From an uncultured Methanosarcinales archaeon (GTDB lineage Archaea > Nanobdellota > Nanobdellia > Woesearchaeales > DSVV01): DNA of 38,010 bases. The stretch lies in assembly GCA_964593285.1 (NCBI GenBank), contig CAZQHZ010000012.1:1-38010 (forward strand). Reading direction: 5' to 3'. Made by a program: the position numbers and the translations under genes. Below are positions 28,466-38,010 of the stretch, piece by piece. Positions within the stretch are counted from its first letter, which is position 1, and every line of letters begins with the position of its first letter. Below the pieces are notes generated by a model. That model made no database searches and was not told the DNA's origin. It was given only the letters and a program-made list of their open reading frames with translations.

Positions 28466-28595
28466 TTTAAAGTAATTTATTAGTATTTATATTAAAACTT
28501 TTTTGATTATTTCCAAGTGGTTATTTATTTTAAAAAGAGCAATTTTATAAAAAATATACAAATGTTTTTATAGTAATATTATTTATTTTTTAATT

Positions 28596-30665
28596 ATGGG
28601 AAGTTTTAAAAAAATCTTTATTTTTTTATTTTTATTTCTTTATTTAAGTAGCTTTGTTTTTTCATCAGAATTTTATTTTAAAAATGAATTAGATATTGAT
28701 TTAAAAATTTATAATGAAATTGAAATAATTCCAAAAAAAACAAATTATAAGGTTTCAGAAATTAATGTAGATTTAAATTTTATTCCAGTAAATTATCATC
28801 GACAAAATTTAAAAGATATTTCTTTTTTTCCAAGTGCAAAAATTATTAATGATTCAATTAGATATAGCTGGAAAAACCCTACGGAAAAAAAATTAGAATT
28901 TGGATTTGATGCAAATGTTTTAAATACAAATAATTTTATTAAAGTAGATAATAAAGTTAATTTTCCTATATTAGATTTAGATGATGAATATAAAAAATAT
29001 TTAGTTGAAACAGATTATGTTGATTATAGTAATTATGAAATACGAAAACTTGCAAATGATTTAGCTTTTGGTTTAGATGATTTAATGGAAGTTACGTATG
29101 AATTTTCAAGATGGGTTAATGAGAATATAAATTATGAATTAAATTCAGATACAGTTGGAAAGACAAATAAAGCTTCGTGGGTTTTAGAAAACAAAATTGG
29201 TGTTTGTGATGAATTTAGTACTTTATTTATTTCACTTTTACGCTCTGTTGGAATTCCTGCAAAATTTGTTACAGGAATTTCTTATACTGAAGATTTAAGG
29301 TTTAGTGAAAAATGGAATTTTCATTCATGGGTTGAAATATATTTTCCAGGCTATGGGTTTGTTTCTTTTGATCCAACATATGGTGAATTTGGGTATGTAA
29401 ATACTGCACATATTAAACTTGCTGAATTTGTAGGACCTGGGGAGAGTAGTACATCATATGAGTGGATCTCAGAAAATGCTGAAATTAAAACAAATAATTT
29501 AAAATTTGATATTAATATAAATGATTTTAAAGATGAAAAAGAAACTTTATTAAAAATAAATTCTAAACTTTTTAATGATAAAGTAGATATTGGTTCTTAT
29601 AATTTATTAATTTTAGATTTTTTCAATGACAATGATTTTTATGTTATTGAAGATTTTTTAATTTCAAAAACTAATGGTATAGAATTTTTAGATGAACATA
29701 ATCATTTTATTTTTTTAAAACCAAATTCACAAAAAACAATTTTTTTACCTTTTAAAATAGATGATAATTTAGATGATAAATATATTTATACTTTTGATAT
29801 ATTAGTTGAAACAAAAAGAAAATCTAATTCAAATATAAAATTTGATGTTTCTAAAAATTTTAAATTTTTTTCTTTAGATGATGTTGAAGAATTTACTGAA
29901 AAAAATATTAAGGAAAGTAGTTTGCCTTCTTCAAAACAAATTAATTTAAATTGTACTACTAAAAAAAATAATTATTTAGTAGATGAAATTGTTGATATTA
30001 ATTGCTATTTAACAAATATAGGTAATACTTTTTTAGATAATTTATCGTTATGTTTAATGGATGATTGTATTTTTAAATCTCTTGGAATACTTGAAACAAA
30101 AAATGTAACATTTAATCATAAAATAAAAGACATATCTGATAATAAATTTACAATAGAGGCATATAATGAAGATATTTATAAAACAAGTGATATTTTTATT
30201 GATGTATTTAAAAGACCAATTTTAAATTTTGAATTTTTAAATTATTCTAGTGAAATTAAATATGGTGATGAATTTTCAATAGATTTTAAAATCAAAAAAA
30301 GTAATTTAGCTAAAATAAATTTTTTTAATGCAACTATTAGTTCAGAGAATATAAAACAAGAATGGTTTTTTGATGAATTTGATGATAATATAGTTTATTC
30401 ATTAGTTATTAATTCAAAACAATTATATTCAGAAAATAATGAATTTGATATTATTGTTATTTATGAAGATTCACTTGGAAAAAAGTATAAATTAGAAGAA
30501 AAAATAAATATAAAATTTATTGATGTTAGTTTTTGGGATAAAATAAATATGTCTTTTAATAAATTAATTGATAAAATTAATGAAAAAATTTTATATGTTT
30601 TAATATTTTTTATGATTATGTTTTTTATATTAATTATGGTTGTTTATTTTATAAAAAAAGAATAA
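28596..30665 (+). CDS. Secreted, membrane-anchored transglutaminase-like protein
   Basis: Signal peptide; Cys-His-Asp triad GVCDEFS / HSWVE / FDPT; LLRSVGIPAKFVTG; Ig/CARDB-like segment (LTNIGN); C-terminal TM. Confidence 0.88.
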   Translation: MGSFKKIFIFLFLFLYLSSFVFSSEFYFKNELDIDLKIYNEIEIIPKKTNYKVSEINVDLNFIPVNYHRQNLKDISFFPSAKIINDSIRYSWKNPTEKKLEFGFDANVLNTNNFIKVDNKVNFPILDLDDEYKKYLVETDYVDYSNYEIRKLANDLAFGLDDLMEVTYEFSRWVNENINYELNSDTVGKTNKASWVLENKIGVCDEFSTLFISLLRSVGIPAKFVTGISYTEDLRFSEKWNFHSWVEIYFPGYGFVSFDPTYGEFGYVNTAHIKLAEFVGPGESSTSYEWISENAEIKTNNLKFDININDFKDEKETLLKINSKLFNDKVDIGSYNLLILDFFNDNDFYVIEDFLISKTNGIEFLDEHNHFIFLKPNSQKTIFLPFKIDDNLDDKYIYTFDILVETKRKSNSNIKFDVSKNFKFFSLDDVEEFTEKNIKESSLPSSKQINLNCTTKKNNYLVDEIVDINCYLTNIGNTFLDNLSLCLMDDCIFKSLGILETKNVTFNHKIKDISDNKFTIEAYNEDIYKTSDIFIDVFKRPILNFEFLNYSSEIKYGDEFSIDFKIKKSNLAKINFFNATISSENIKQEWFFDEFDDNIVYSLVINSKQLYSENNEFDIIVIYEDSLGKKYKLEEKINIKFIDVSFWDKINMSFNKLIDKINEKILYVLIFFMIMFFILIMVVYFIKKE

Positions 30666-30692
30666 TAAATTGTTTGTAAAAAAATTTTAAAA

Positions 30693-31553
30693 ATGGTTTT
30701 TAAAAAAAGAGGACAAATTACAATTTTTTTAGCGATAGCAATTTTAATTATTTTTATGTTTGTTTACATTTTTTATGTAAAAAATTTAGAAACTAAAAAA
30801 ATTTTAGTTCCAAGTAGTTTAGATGATTCAGTAGAAAATTATGTTCATTTATGTATCGAAGAATCTATTGGTTATAGTTCTTTTTATATAGGAAAAACAG
30901 GGGGATTTAATTATCAAGTAGATAATTTTTATGTTGTTAATATTTCACATGCATTAAATTCAAATGTTTTAGCTTTTATAGACAATCATTTCTATGAAAT
31001 GTATAATGTTACATATTTATATAATTTGAAAACTAATAAACGTTTTCTTCCAACAATTGAACAATTACATGAGAATTATAAAAAAAAAATAAATGAAACT
31101 CTTTTTGATTGTTTTGATGATTTTACATATTTTAAAAATCAAAATTATGAAATTAATTTAAGTTATTTGGATATACATGTAGATATTAAAAAAAAATATT
31201 CTTTGGTTGATATTGATATGCTTTTAACTTATGAAAGAGGTGATGTTATACGAACAATAAATGATATTCCAACCACACATGTTCCATTAAAAATAGGTAA
31301 AGCACATGCAATTTCTGAGTATATAATAAATTCTTATACCCTTCTTCCTGCTTTAGGGGGAATAATTATAAATAGCGGATATGTTAATTATGTATATAAC
31401 AATTATGATATGGAATGGAGGGTTGTTAAAGATATAGATAATGGTGTTCATTATTATTTTATAAAACAAAACAATAAAGGAAAATACGAATTAGTTCATA
31501 ATTTTGATGAACATTTTTTATTTTTACTTGCAGTTAAACTTGAAGATGATTAA
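30693..31553 (+). CDS. Class III (prepilin-type) signal peptide protein
   Basis: MVFKKRG/QITIFLAIAILIIF, a typical archaeal prepilin cleavage motif followed by a hydrophobic helix. Confidence 0.8.
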   Translation: MVFKKRGQITIFLAIAILIIFMFVYIFYVKNLETKKILVPSSLDDSVENYVHLCIEESIGYSSFYIGKTGGFNYQVDNFYVVNISHALNSNVLAFIDNHFYEMYNVTYLYNLKTNKRFLPTIEQLHENYKKKINETLFDCFDDFTYFKNQNYEINLSYLDIHVDIKKKYSLVDIDMLLTYERGDVIRTINDIPTTHVPLKIGKAHAISEYIINSYTLLPALGGIIINSGYVNYVYNNYDMEWRVVKDIDNGVHYYFIKQNNKGKYELVHNFDEHFLFLLAVKLEDD

Positions 31554-34500
31554 AAAAATAATATTATTAATATTTGTATTTTTGGTTTTTTTAAATTTAA
31601 ATAATTTTGTTTTTGCTACGCCTCCATGCTCACTTCCATCTAGTTGTGTAAATTGGGGTGAATCAAAAACGTGCAGTTATGCTTGTGGAAATATTACTCA
31701 TCCACGAACTTGTCAAAGAACAAATATATGTAGTTATCCAAATTCTCCAGACATGGTTTTTAATTGGGTAAATGGAAATTATAATAATGTTCCAATAAAT
31801 AAATTAACTCATTATTGGCTTGGAAAAGTTATTCCTAATTGGAATCAGGCGCATTCTACTGGTGCTTTTAGATTAAGTAGTGCATTAGCACAAATATCTG
31901 GTTTAATAAATGCAAATTTTAATACAGATCATTTGTTTTATATAAGGTATAATTATGATACTCCTTATAATTCATTTAATATTATTTCTACTAGTCAATC
32001 TACTCAATCAACTATTGATTTATTAGAGGAAATAAATAGCTTTGATTATAACAAAATTAATAATGTTTTTTTATTTGATAAAACATTAAATGGAAAATTT
32101 GACACTATGATGTTTAATTTTAATACACCTTCAACTCAAGTAGAAATAAGAAATGGTAATAAAGGCAAAATTATTGGAAATGGTCCATTAGGAATTGATA
32201 ATAATGGTGATATTCGTATTGGAAGGGGTTTAACTTATATATATGAAGATTGTAATATGACTGTTTTAAATGATGGAGATTATATTAATGTTAATTTTGA
32301 TGCAAATAATGATATAATTTATCCAATTATTGCTTCAAAAAATGTTTTAATATCTTGTAATATTGATGATATATATTTTAAATTTTTAACTTTAGATGAA
32401 ACAAACATATTTGTTGATCAATTATTACCTAGTAACAAGGATGGATTTTCTTTTAATATAGTAAATGAAAAAAAAAATATTTATTTTAATGATGTAAATG
32501 TTATTTCTTTACTTGAAGGTATTTTACTTGAAGTTGATATTGAAAACGAATTTGATTTTTATATAGAAAATGAAGAGTCTATTTTACAAATTGGAGATTT
32601 AAAAAAAGAAGATTTAGTTTTTTTATGGAATGATATTGAAAAACTATTTGTTTTGTATGGTTTAGATGAAGAAGTAGTTACATTTGAATGTTTTAGTTGT
32701 GATAAAAATATAAATGGGCATATAGATAATTATGCAACTAATGCTTTTGAAAATTTTGATAATGTATTAATTAAAATAAAATATAATAATGCAATTATTG
32801 CAGAAATTGTGGGTGAAGCATTTTCTACTGAAATTATTGAAGGTGACACTGGGATTGGTAATTTACAAGGCGATGATGAGGAGTTAGAAGATGTTGGTAG
32901 TCATGAGCAAGAAGATTCATTTGAAGATTCTTCAGTTGAATATCAATGTGTTTATAGTGATTGGGAAGATATAGATTTTTTTTGCACCGATTGTGGAAGC
33001 GATTTGAATTATAATCAAAATTCTATAAATCCTACTGAAAGATCATCTTGTGGTGCATATAGTGGTTATATTGGTTCTGCTTTGTGTGCAGTTAATCATA
33101 ATACTGGACAAACACAACCTGTTGGAACTACTATGGAAATGACAAAATTAGAAGGTAGTGGTAATTGTCCTTTAACTGCAACTTGTGTTTCTGATTCTGG
33201 TAATAGTGGTAATGGTTGGAGTTGGAATAATAATTATATTAAATTGTATGAATGTTATAGTAAATTTTATCAGGATTATATGTTTACTACTAGTTCTAAT
33301 TGTTATGAAGGTAATGAACCTTCAAAAACTTATTATCCACTTGGAGAATTTGTTGTTTCAACAAATGATGTTAGTGGTTTAAAAAAATTATCAAGATGTG
33401 TAAAAGAGGATGGCAGAGTTACTCATGGAGTATCAGTTAATAATTGTAATGATTTAGACGGCTATTTTAATGAAGGTGCTGTTAATGATTATTCAGATAT
33501 TTATACAAAGCTTCATTTATATTCAGAACAAAAACAGGGTACTGTTCCTTTATATAGGCGTTATATACCAAAATATAATATTTATAGATTATATTATGAA
33601 GATTGTGGTGAAAATTGTGAATTGATTGGTTATGTTGATTTTATTAAAGTATATAGATCGCCTGTTTGTCCAATATCACAGATGTGTGGAGATTATGATG
33701 AAAACCAATGTGGTTATTGTGGTGAAAATTTTGAAAATCCAAATAATTTTGGTTTTCATGCAAGATGGGTTGATGTAGAAACTAATGAATTTATTGGTCT
33801 TGGTGGTTGTGGACATAGTTGTAGGCATAGATTTGATTGTGATGGAGAACATGGTAATTATTGTGGTTTAGTAAACTCAGGAGAAGAAGTTTGGTGGTAT
33901 TTAGATGAACCAAAAAAAATACGTTGTGAAATACATGATGGAAGTGTTAGTAATGTAAATTACCCTTATAAAAAATGTACTGGAGAGTGTAATGATGGTG
34001 TTTGTTCTGCTTTAGTTGTTAAAGAAGATGATTTAAAAGATGTTTGTATAACTGGAAAGGCTTATTGTAATCCATATTGGTATGGTGAAGATTATGGTTG
34101 TGGTGATGCTATGGGTAGTTACAGCCATACTTGGAATTTTCAAGGAACTGCAATAGAATCTGGTTGTCAAGAAGGTTATCAAAAAATAATTACTAAAATA
34201 GAATTATTAAATGAATTACCTATTGAATATGTTTGTGTTGATCAATCTTCAGGATGCGATTTTGGATTAAATTATAATTGCCTTGGTGGGTGCAGGAATG
34301 ATGAAGTTTGTATTAATGGTGTATGTGAAAAACGTGGCTGTCTTTTTGATGAAAATAAATATAAAACAAAAATGGTTGAATATTTAAACCATATTAATTT
34401 TGAATATGGTGAATTTGGACCAAGTTGGACGATTGAAAATTTAGAATCTGTTTTTAATAGTTTAGGAATTACACCATTACAACATTTTTTTCAACATGAT

Positions 34501-36834
34501 AAACATGGACATGAAGGACATATTAAAAAATTTTTAAAATTTTTAGCAGATAATAATTTTAATATTGAAGAAGATTTTTTAAGAGATTGCAATTTTGATT
34601 ATAATCAAGTTTCATTGGCATTTATAGATTATTTTAATCATCTTGAATATACTCCATATGATTTAGGACCAATATGGAATAAAAACGAATTTAATACTGC
34701 TTTATCGGGTGAATGGAGGAAAGATAAAACAGATAAACCTCAAGTAAATTTTCCAACAACACCAGAGTTATGGTTTTTAAAAGGTGTTGTAACTTCAAAA
34801 AAAGATGGATACCAAGTTGGCTCAAAACATACTGATTGGTTAAAAAGTAGTTCTCATGCTGATGTCTTATATAAAATGTGTGGAAATAAAGATAATTATA
34901 ATCTTGTAAATGATTGTATTAGGGGTATATATGATTCTGAAACTGAAGAAAGTTGTTCTGGTATTTGTAATGATGATGAAGTATGTATTAATGGTGAATG
35001 TGTTTATCTAGGAAAAGATAATAGGTATGTTAAACAAGAACGAAACTTGATAAATGGCGATCCTACTAAATGTAAAAATACTGTTAGGTTTATTGAAGAA
35101 CCTTGTGAAAGAGGTTATGAATGTGTTAATGAAGGTGAATGTATTGAGATTGATTTAAGTTGTAATTATCAGTCATGGATTGGAAATGATCCATTTCCAA
35201 ATGATTATAGTTCATTTTATTTTAAGCAACAAAGAACTTCTAATTGTAATAATAAACAAAGATATGTTTTAAATTTATGTGATGATTTAGATTTTTATTG
35301 TGAAGATGGAGCATGTAATGATTATGAAGAACTAGGTTGTGTATATGATGATTTTTTTTCTGTTTCTCCAAATGAATTTAAATGTGAAAATGGGGAACGT
35401 AAGGAATTGAAAGTACAACAATTAATTGATGGTGGAAGCGATGAAAATTGTGAATTACAAAAGGCAGAGTGGTTTGAAAATCCATGTCCAGATGATAAAA
35501 TATGTGAAGGTAATGGTGTATGTGTTGAAGAAAATGTAGGTTCATCATCTTTATATAGAATTTGTGAAGAATTTGAAAAATCAGATATTGAAGGGAAATA
35601 TTATCTTATTTATTCAGTTTTTGGTAATTTAAATGAAGATGATAGTTATACTATTGAATTAGTTACTGATGGTGGAATGCAAGATGAAAAAATAAATGTT
35701 GATTTAATTTCAAATCAAAAATTAAGTTATATTTATCAAGATTATGGCGAATATAACTATTTTTTAGATTTTAAATATAGTAATGGAACTTCTTTTGGTA
35801 GCTGTGATGGTGTTATAAATTATGTTGAAGAAAATGATTATAATTTAGTAAAAGTTGAAGATATTCAAATAAATAGAGAAGAAATTAAAGCTGATGGTAT
35901 TGATTCTGCAATTATTTCAGTTACTATGAATGATACTATTGATGATTGGAATGATTTAAATTTAGAATTAGATTTATCTATTGAAGGAGATTGCGATTTA
36001 GACCATTTTAATATTGATGAAGGGGATTTTAATGATATAACAAAGAATTTTACATTAACTGCAAATTGTGAAAATGATTTAAATGTAATTATTAGGGCAA
36101 ATTTTATTTCTAATGGTGAAAATTTTATTTCTGAAAAAAATGTGAATTTATTAATTCAAGGAAATTTTATTTTCGAATCTTCTTTACTGGAAAATGAGTG
36201 CCATGGTTTTGAAAAATCAGATGTTGAAGGGAAATATTATTTTATTTATTCAGTTTTTGGTAATTTAAATGAAGATGATAGTTATACTGTTGAATTAGTT
36301 ACTGATGGTGGAATGCAAGATGAAAAAATAAATGTTGATTTAATTTCAAATGAAAAATTAAATTATGCTTATTCAAATTATGGCGAATATAATTATTTTT
36401 TAGATTTTAAATATAGTAATGGAACTTCTTTTGGTAATTGTATTGGTGGAATTAATTATGATGAGGATAATGATGGTTTAGTAAAAGTTGAAAATATTCA
36501 ATTAAATCAAAATAAAATAGATGGTAATGGAATTGATTCTGCAATAATTTCTGTTACTATGAATGATAATATTGATGATTGGGATGCTTTAAATTTAGAA
36601 TTAGATTTATCTATTCAAGGAGATTGTGATTTAGACCATTTTAATATTGATGATGGAGATTTTAGTGATATAACAAAGAATTTTACATTGACTGCAAATT
36701 GTGAAAATGATGTAAATGTAATTATTAATCCACAATTTATTTTTAATGATGAAGAATTTATTTCTAATGAAATTAAAAATTTATTTGTTCAAGGTAGTCA
36801 AGAATTAGAAGTTGTTGAGGTAGATTTAGAATGA
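31546..36834 (+). CDS. Giant acidic, cysteine-rich secreted/surface protein (about 1760 aa)
   Basis: Likely ATG at 31546 (MIKKIILLIFVFLVFL...VFA signal peptide) overlapping the upstream stop; many Cys-rich modules; duplicated C-terminal domain; no obvious C-terminal TM. Confidence 0.85.
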   Translation: MIKKIILLIFVFLVFLNLNNFVFATPPCSLPSSCVNWGESKTCSYACGNITHPRTCQRTNICSYPNSPDMVFNWVNGNYNNVPINKLTHYWLGKVIPNWNQAHSTGAFRLSSALAQISGLINANFNTDHLFYIRYNYDTPYNSFNIISTSQSTQSTIDLLEEINSFDYNKINNVFLFDKTLNGKFDTMMFNFNTPSTQVEIRNGNKGKIIGNGPLGIDNNGDIRIGRGLTYIYEDCNMTVLNDGDYINVNFDANNDIIYPIIASKNVLISCNIDDIYFKFLTLDETNIFVDQLLPSNKDGFSFNIVNEKKNIYFNDVNVISLLEGILLEVDIENEFDFYIENEESILQIGDLKKEDLVFLWNDIEKLFVLYGLDEEVVTFECFSCDKNINGHIDNYATNAFENFDNVLIKIKYNNAIIAEIVGEAFSTEIIEGDTGIGNLQGDDEELEDVGSHEQEDSFEDSSVEYQCVYSDWEDIDFFCTDCGSDLNYNQNSINPTERSSCGAYSGYIGSALCAVNHNTGQTQPVGTTMEMTKLEGSGNCPLTATCVSDSGNSGNGWSWNNNYIKLYECYSKFYQDYMFTTSSNCYEGNEPSKTYYPLGEFVVSTNDVSGLKKLSRCVKEDGRVTHGVSVNNCNDLDGYFNEGAVNDYSDIYTKLHLYSEQKQGTVPLYRRYIPKYNIYRLYYEDCGENCELIGYVDFIKVYRSPVCPISQMCGDYDENQCGYCGENFENPNNFGFHARWVDVETNEFIGLGGCGHSCRHRFDCDGEHGNYCGLVNSGEEVWWYLDEPKKIRCEIHDGSVSNVNYPYKKCTGECNDGVCSALVVKEDDLKDVCITGKAYCNPYWYGEDYGCGDAMGSYSHTWNFQGTAIESGCQEGYQKIITKIELLNELPIEYVCVDQSSGCDFGLNYNCLGGCRNDEVCINGVCEKRGCLFDENKYKTKMVEYLNHINFEYGEFGPSWTIENLESVFNSLGITPLQHFFQHDKHGHEGHIKKFLKFLADNNFNIEEDFLRDCNFDYNQVSLAFIDYFNHLEYTPYDLGPIWNKNEFNTALSGEWRKDKTDKPQVNFPTTPELWFLKGVVTSKKDGYQVGSKHTDWLKSSSHADVLYKMCGNKDNYNLVNDCIRGIYDSETEESCSGICNDDEVCINGECVYLGKDNRYVKQERNLINGDPTKCKNTVRFIEEPCERGYECVNEGECIEIDLSCNYQSWIGNDPFPNDYSSFYFKQQRTSNCNNKQRYVLNLCDDLDFYCEDGACNDYEELGCVYDDFFSVSPNEFKCENGERKELKVQQLIDGGSDENCELQKAEWFENPCPDDKICEGNGVCVEENVGSSSLYRICEEFEKSDIEGKYYLIYSVFGNLNEDDSYTIELVTDGGMQDEKINVDLISNQKLSYIYQDYGEYNYFLDFKYSNGTSFGSCDGVINYVEENDYNLVKVEDIQINREEIKADGIDSAIISVTMNDTIDDWNDLNLELDLSIEGDCDLDHFNIDEGDFNDITKNFTLTANCENDLNVIIRANFISNGENFISEKNVNLLIQGNFIFESSLLENECHGFEKSDVEGKYYFIYSVFGNLNEDDSYTVELVTDGGMQDEKINVDLISNEKLNYAYSNYGEYNYFLDFKYSNGTSFGNCIGGINYDEDNDGLVKVENIQLNQNKIDGNGIDSAIISVTMNDNIDDWDALNLELDLSIQGDCDLDHFNIDDGDFSDITKNFTLTANCENDVNVIINPQFIFNDEEFISNEIKNLFVQGSQELEVVEVDLE
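35572..36795 (+). repeat. Intragenic tandem duplication, about 590 bp x2 (35572-36162 and 36208-36795)
   Basis: Near-identical DNA, e.g. TTTGAAAAATCAGAT(A/G)TTGAAGGGAAATATTAT at both starts; offset 636 bp. Confidence 0.92.
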
Positions 36835-38010
36835 AAATATTTAAACTAATTATTTATTTTTTTATTTTTTCCATTTTTTCATTTTTAGTATTTGCTACAA
36901 CATTAAATTATGTAAATAAAGATAATTTTAGAATAAATGTAGAATTTAATCAATTAGCCAATATAACTTTTTCTAAATTAAATGACCAAAATATTTTTTT
37001 TTTGCCAAAAAATCCAATAAATAATTATTATAGTAAAAATTTTTATAATGACACAAATATTGTTATAGAAAATATTTATACTTTAAATTTGAGTGCAAAA
37101 AATCAACATCAAAACATTTTAAAAAATGATTTTTATAGATATGATTTTGTATTTGATAAAACAAAGCCAAACTTTATTTTGATGATACCAAATAATAATT
37201 CTTTGATTAATGAAAAATTTAAAACTATAAAAATAAATTATGATGAAGCAATTGATTTAGAGTCTTGTAATTTAAATTTTTTGATTGGTAGTGGTAGTTT
37301 TTCAAATTTAAATTATCAAGGGTATGATCCTAAAAAGATTAAATTTGATATTGAATTTAATGATTTAAATCAACATTATAAAATCTTATTTTCATGTTCT
37401 GATTTTGCAGGAAATTTTAAAGATTTAATTATTGAATATGATTTATTTATTTTAGATACTATTTTAGTTGACCCCTTACATGGCTATTCATCAACAGAAG
37501 AATTTGATGTAAAATTAAATACAACAAACAATGCAATTTGTTCTTATTATGTAAATTATTTTGATGATAAAAACTTAGAAAATGCTGATTATATTGACTT
37601 TCATGAAACAGGAAATTTAGAACATTTATTATTAGATTTTAGATTAGAAGAAAATTTAGGTAAAACAGAATTATTTGTTAAGTGTAATTATACAAATATT
37701 GATAAAATTACTTATGATTTTTTTAATTTAAGTGTTGATTCAAACCCTTTAATTATAGATGTCGTTGCTAGTGATATTATTTCAAAACCTTTGTTTAGTG
37801 ATGTTGGTATTATTTTAAATAAAGTAGGGCAATGTAGGTATAGTTTAGAGCAAGAATCTTTTTCTGAGATGGTCCAGTTAGATAACGATAATTTTAATAC
37901 CGAATTTAAAATAACAAAAGAAGTAGAAGATAGTGAAGAATATACTTATTACATCTCTTGTAAAAGTAAAGCTGGTTTAATTACTAATGCAACTGCAAAT
38001 TTTATTGTTG
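36831..38010 (+). CDS. Secreted Ig-like-repeat protein, truncated by window end (not in ORF track)
   Basis: ATGA overlap with the preceding stop; MKIFKLIIYFFIFSIFSFLVFA signal peptide; DKTKP, CSDFAGN, CRYS, YYISCKSKAG motifs; frame open to the end of the window. Confidence 0.82.
   Translation, partial: MKIFKLIIYFFIFSIFSFLVFATTLNYVNKDNFRINVEFNQLANITFSKLNDQNIFFLPKNPINNYYSKNFYNDTNIVIENIYTLNLSAKNQHQNILKNDFYRYDFVFDKTKPNFILMIPNNNSLINEKFKTIKINYDEAIDLESCNLNFLIGSGSFSNLNYQGYDPKKIKFDIEFNDLNQHYKILFSCSDFAGNFKDLIIEYDLFILDTILVDPLHGYSSTEEFDVKLNTTNNAICSYYVNYFDDKNLENADYIDFHETGNLEHLLLDFRLEENLGKTELFVKCNYTNIDKITYDFFNLSVDSNPLIIDVVASDIISKPLFSDVGIILNKVGQCRYSLEQESFSEMVQLDNDNFNTEFKITKEVEDSEEYTYYISCKSKAGLITNATANFIV

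Noticed and set aside
35572..36795. Diversity-generating retroelement template/variable repeat pair
   Set aside because: Both copies are in-frame parts of one ORF, differences are not confined to adenines, and no reverse transcriptase is in the window.

Overview
Very AT-rich archaeal chromosomal segment. Gene content and style point to a DPANN archaeon, most like Woesearchaeota, but this is an inference. Four parts: (1) 1-8131, an accessory block with two paralogues of an unrecognised domain, a single-domain KaiC-like ATPase, an atypical alpha/beta-hydrolase and a tandem-V4R protein, converging on an extended SDR plus a stand-alone DUF2156/VlmA-like aminoacyl-tRNA-dependent transferase, followed by a small HExxH protein, a SAM methyltransferase and a MazF/PemK toxin-antitoxin pair. 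(2) 8257-15379, core genes: L34e, L14e, FEN1, tRNA splicing endonuclease, RNase Z, histone, Hjc and R15P isomerase. (3) A probable replication origin (15468-16279) with at least four ORB-like boxes, directly upstream of a cdc6-DP1-DP2 operon, then TrmB, pheS, Yip1, two unannotated paralogous membrane microproteins and pheT. (4) 28596-end, a cell-surface cluster: transglutaminase, class III signal-peptide protein, a giant Cys-rich protein and a truncated Ig-like protein. No rRNA, tRNA, CRISPR array or transposase was seen. The best candidate for an undescribed system is the 37-7532 block, which may make, sense and degrade a small molecule. All family calls come from motif recognition by eye, with no database searches.
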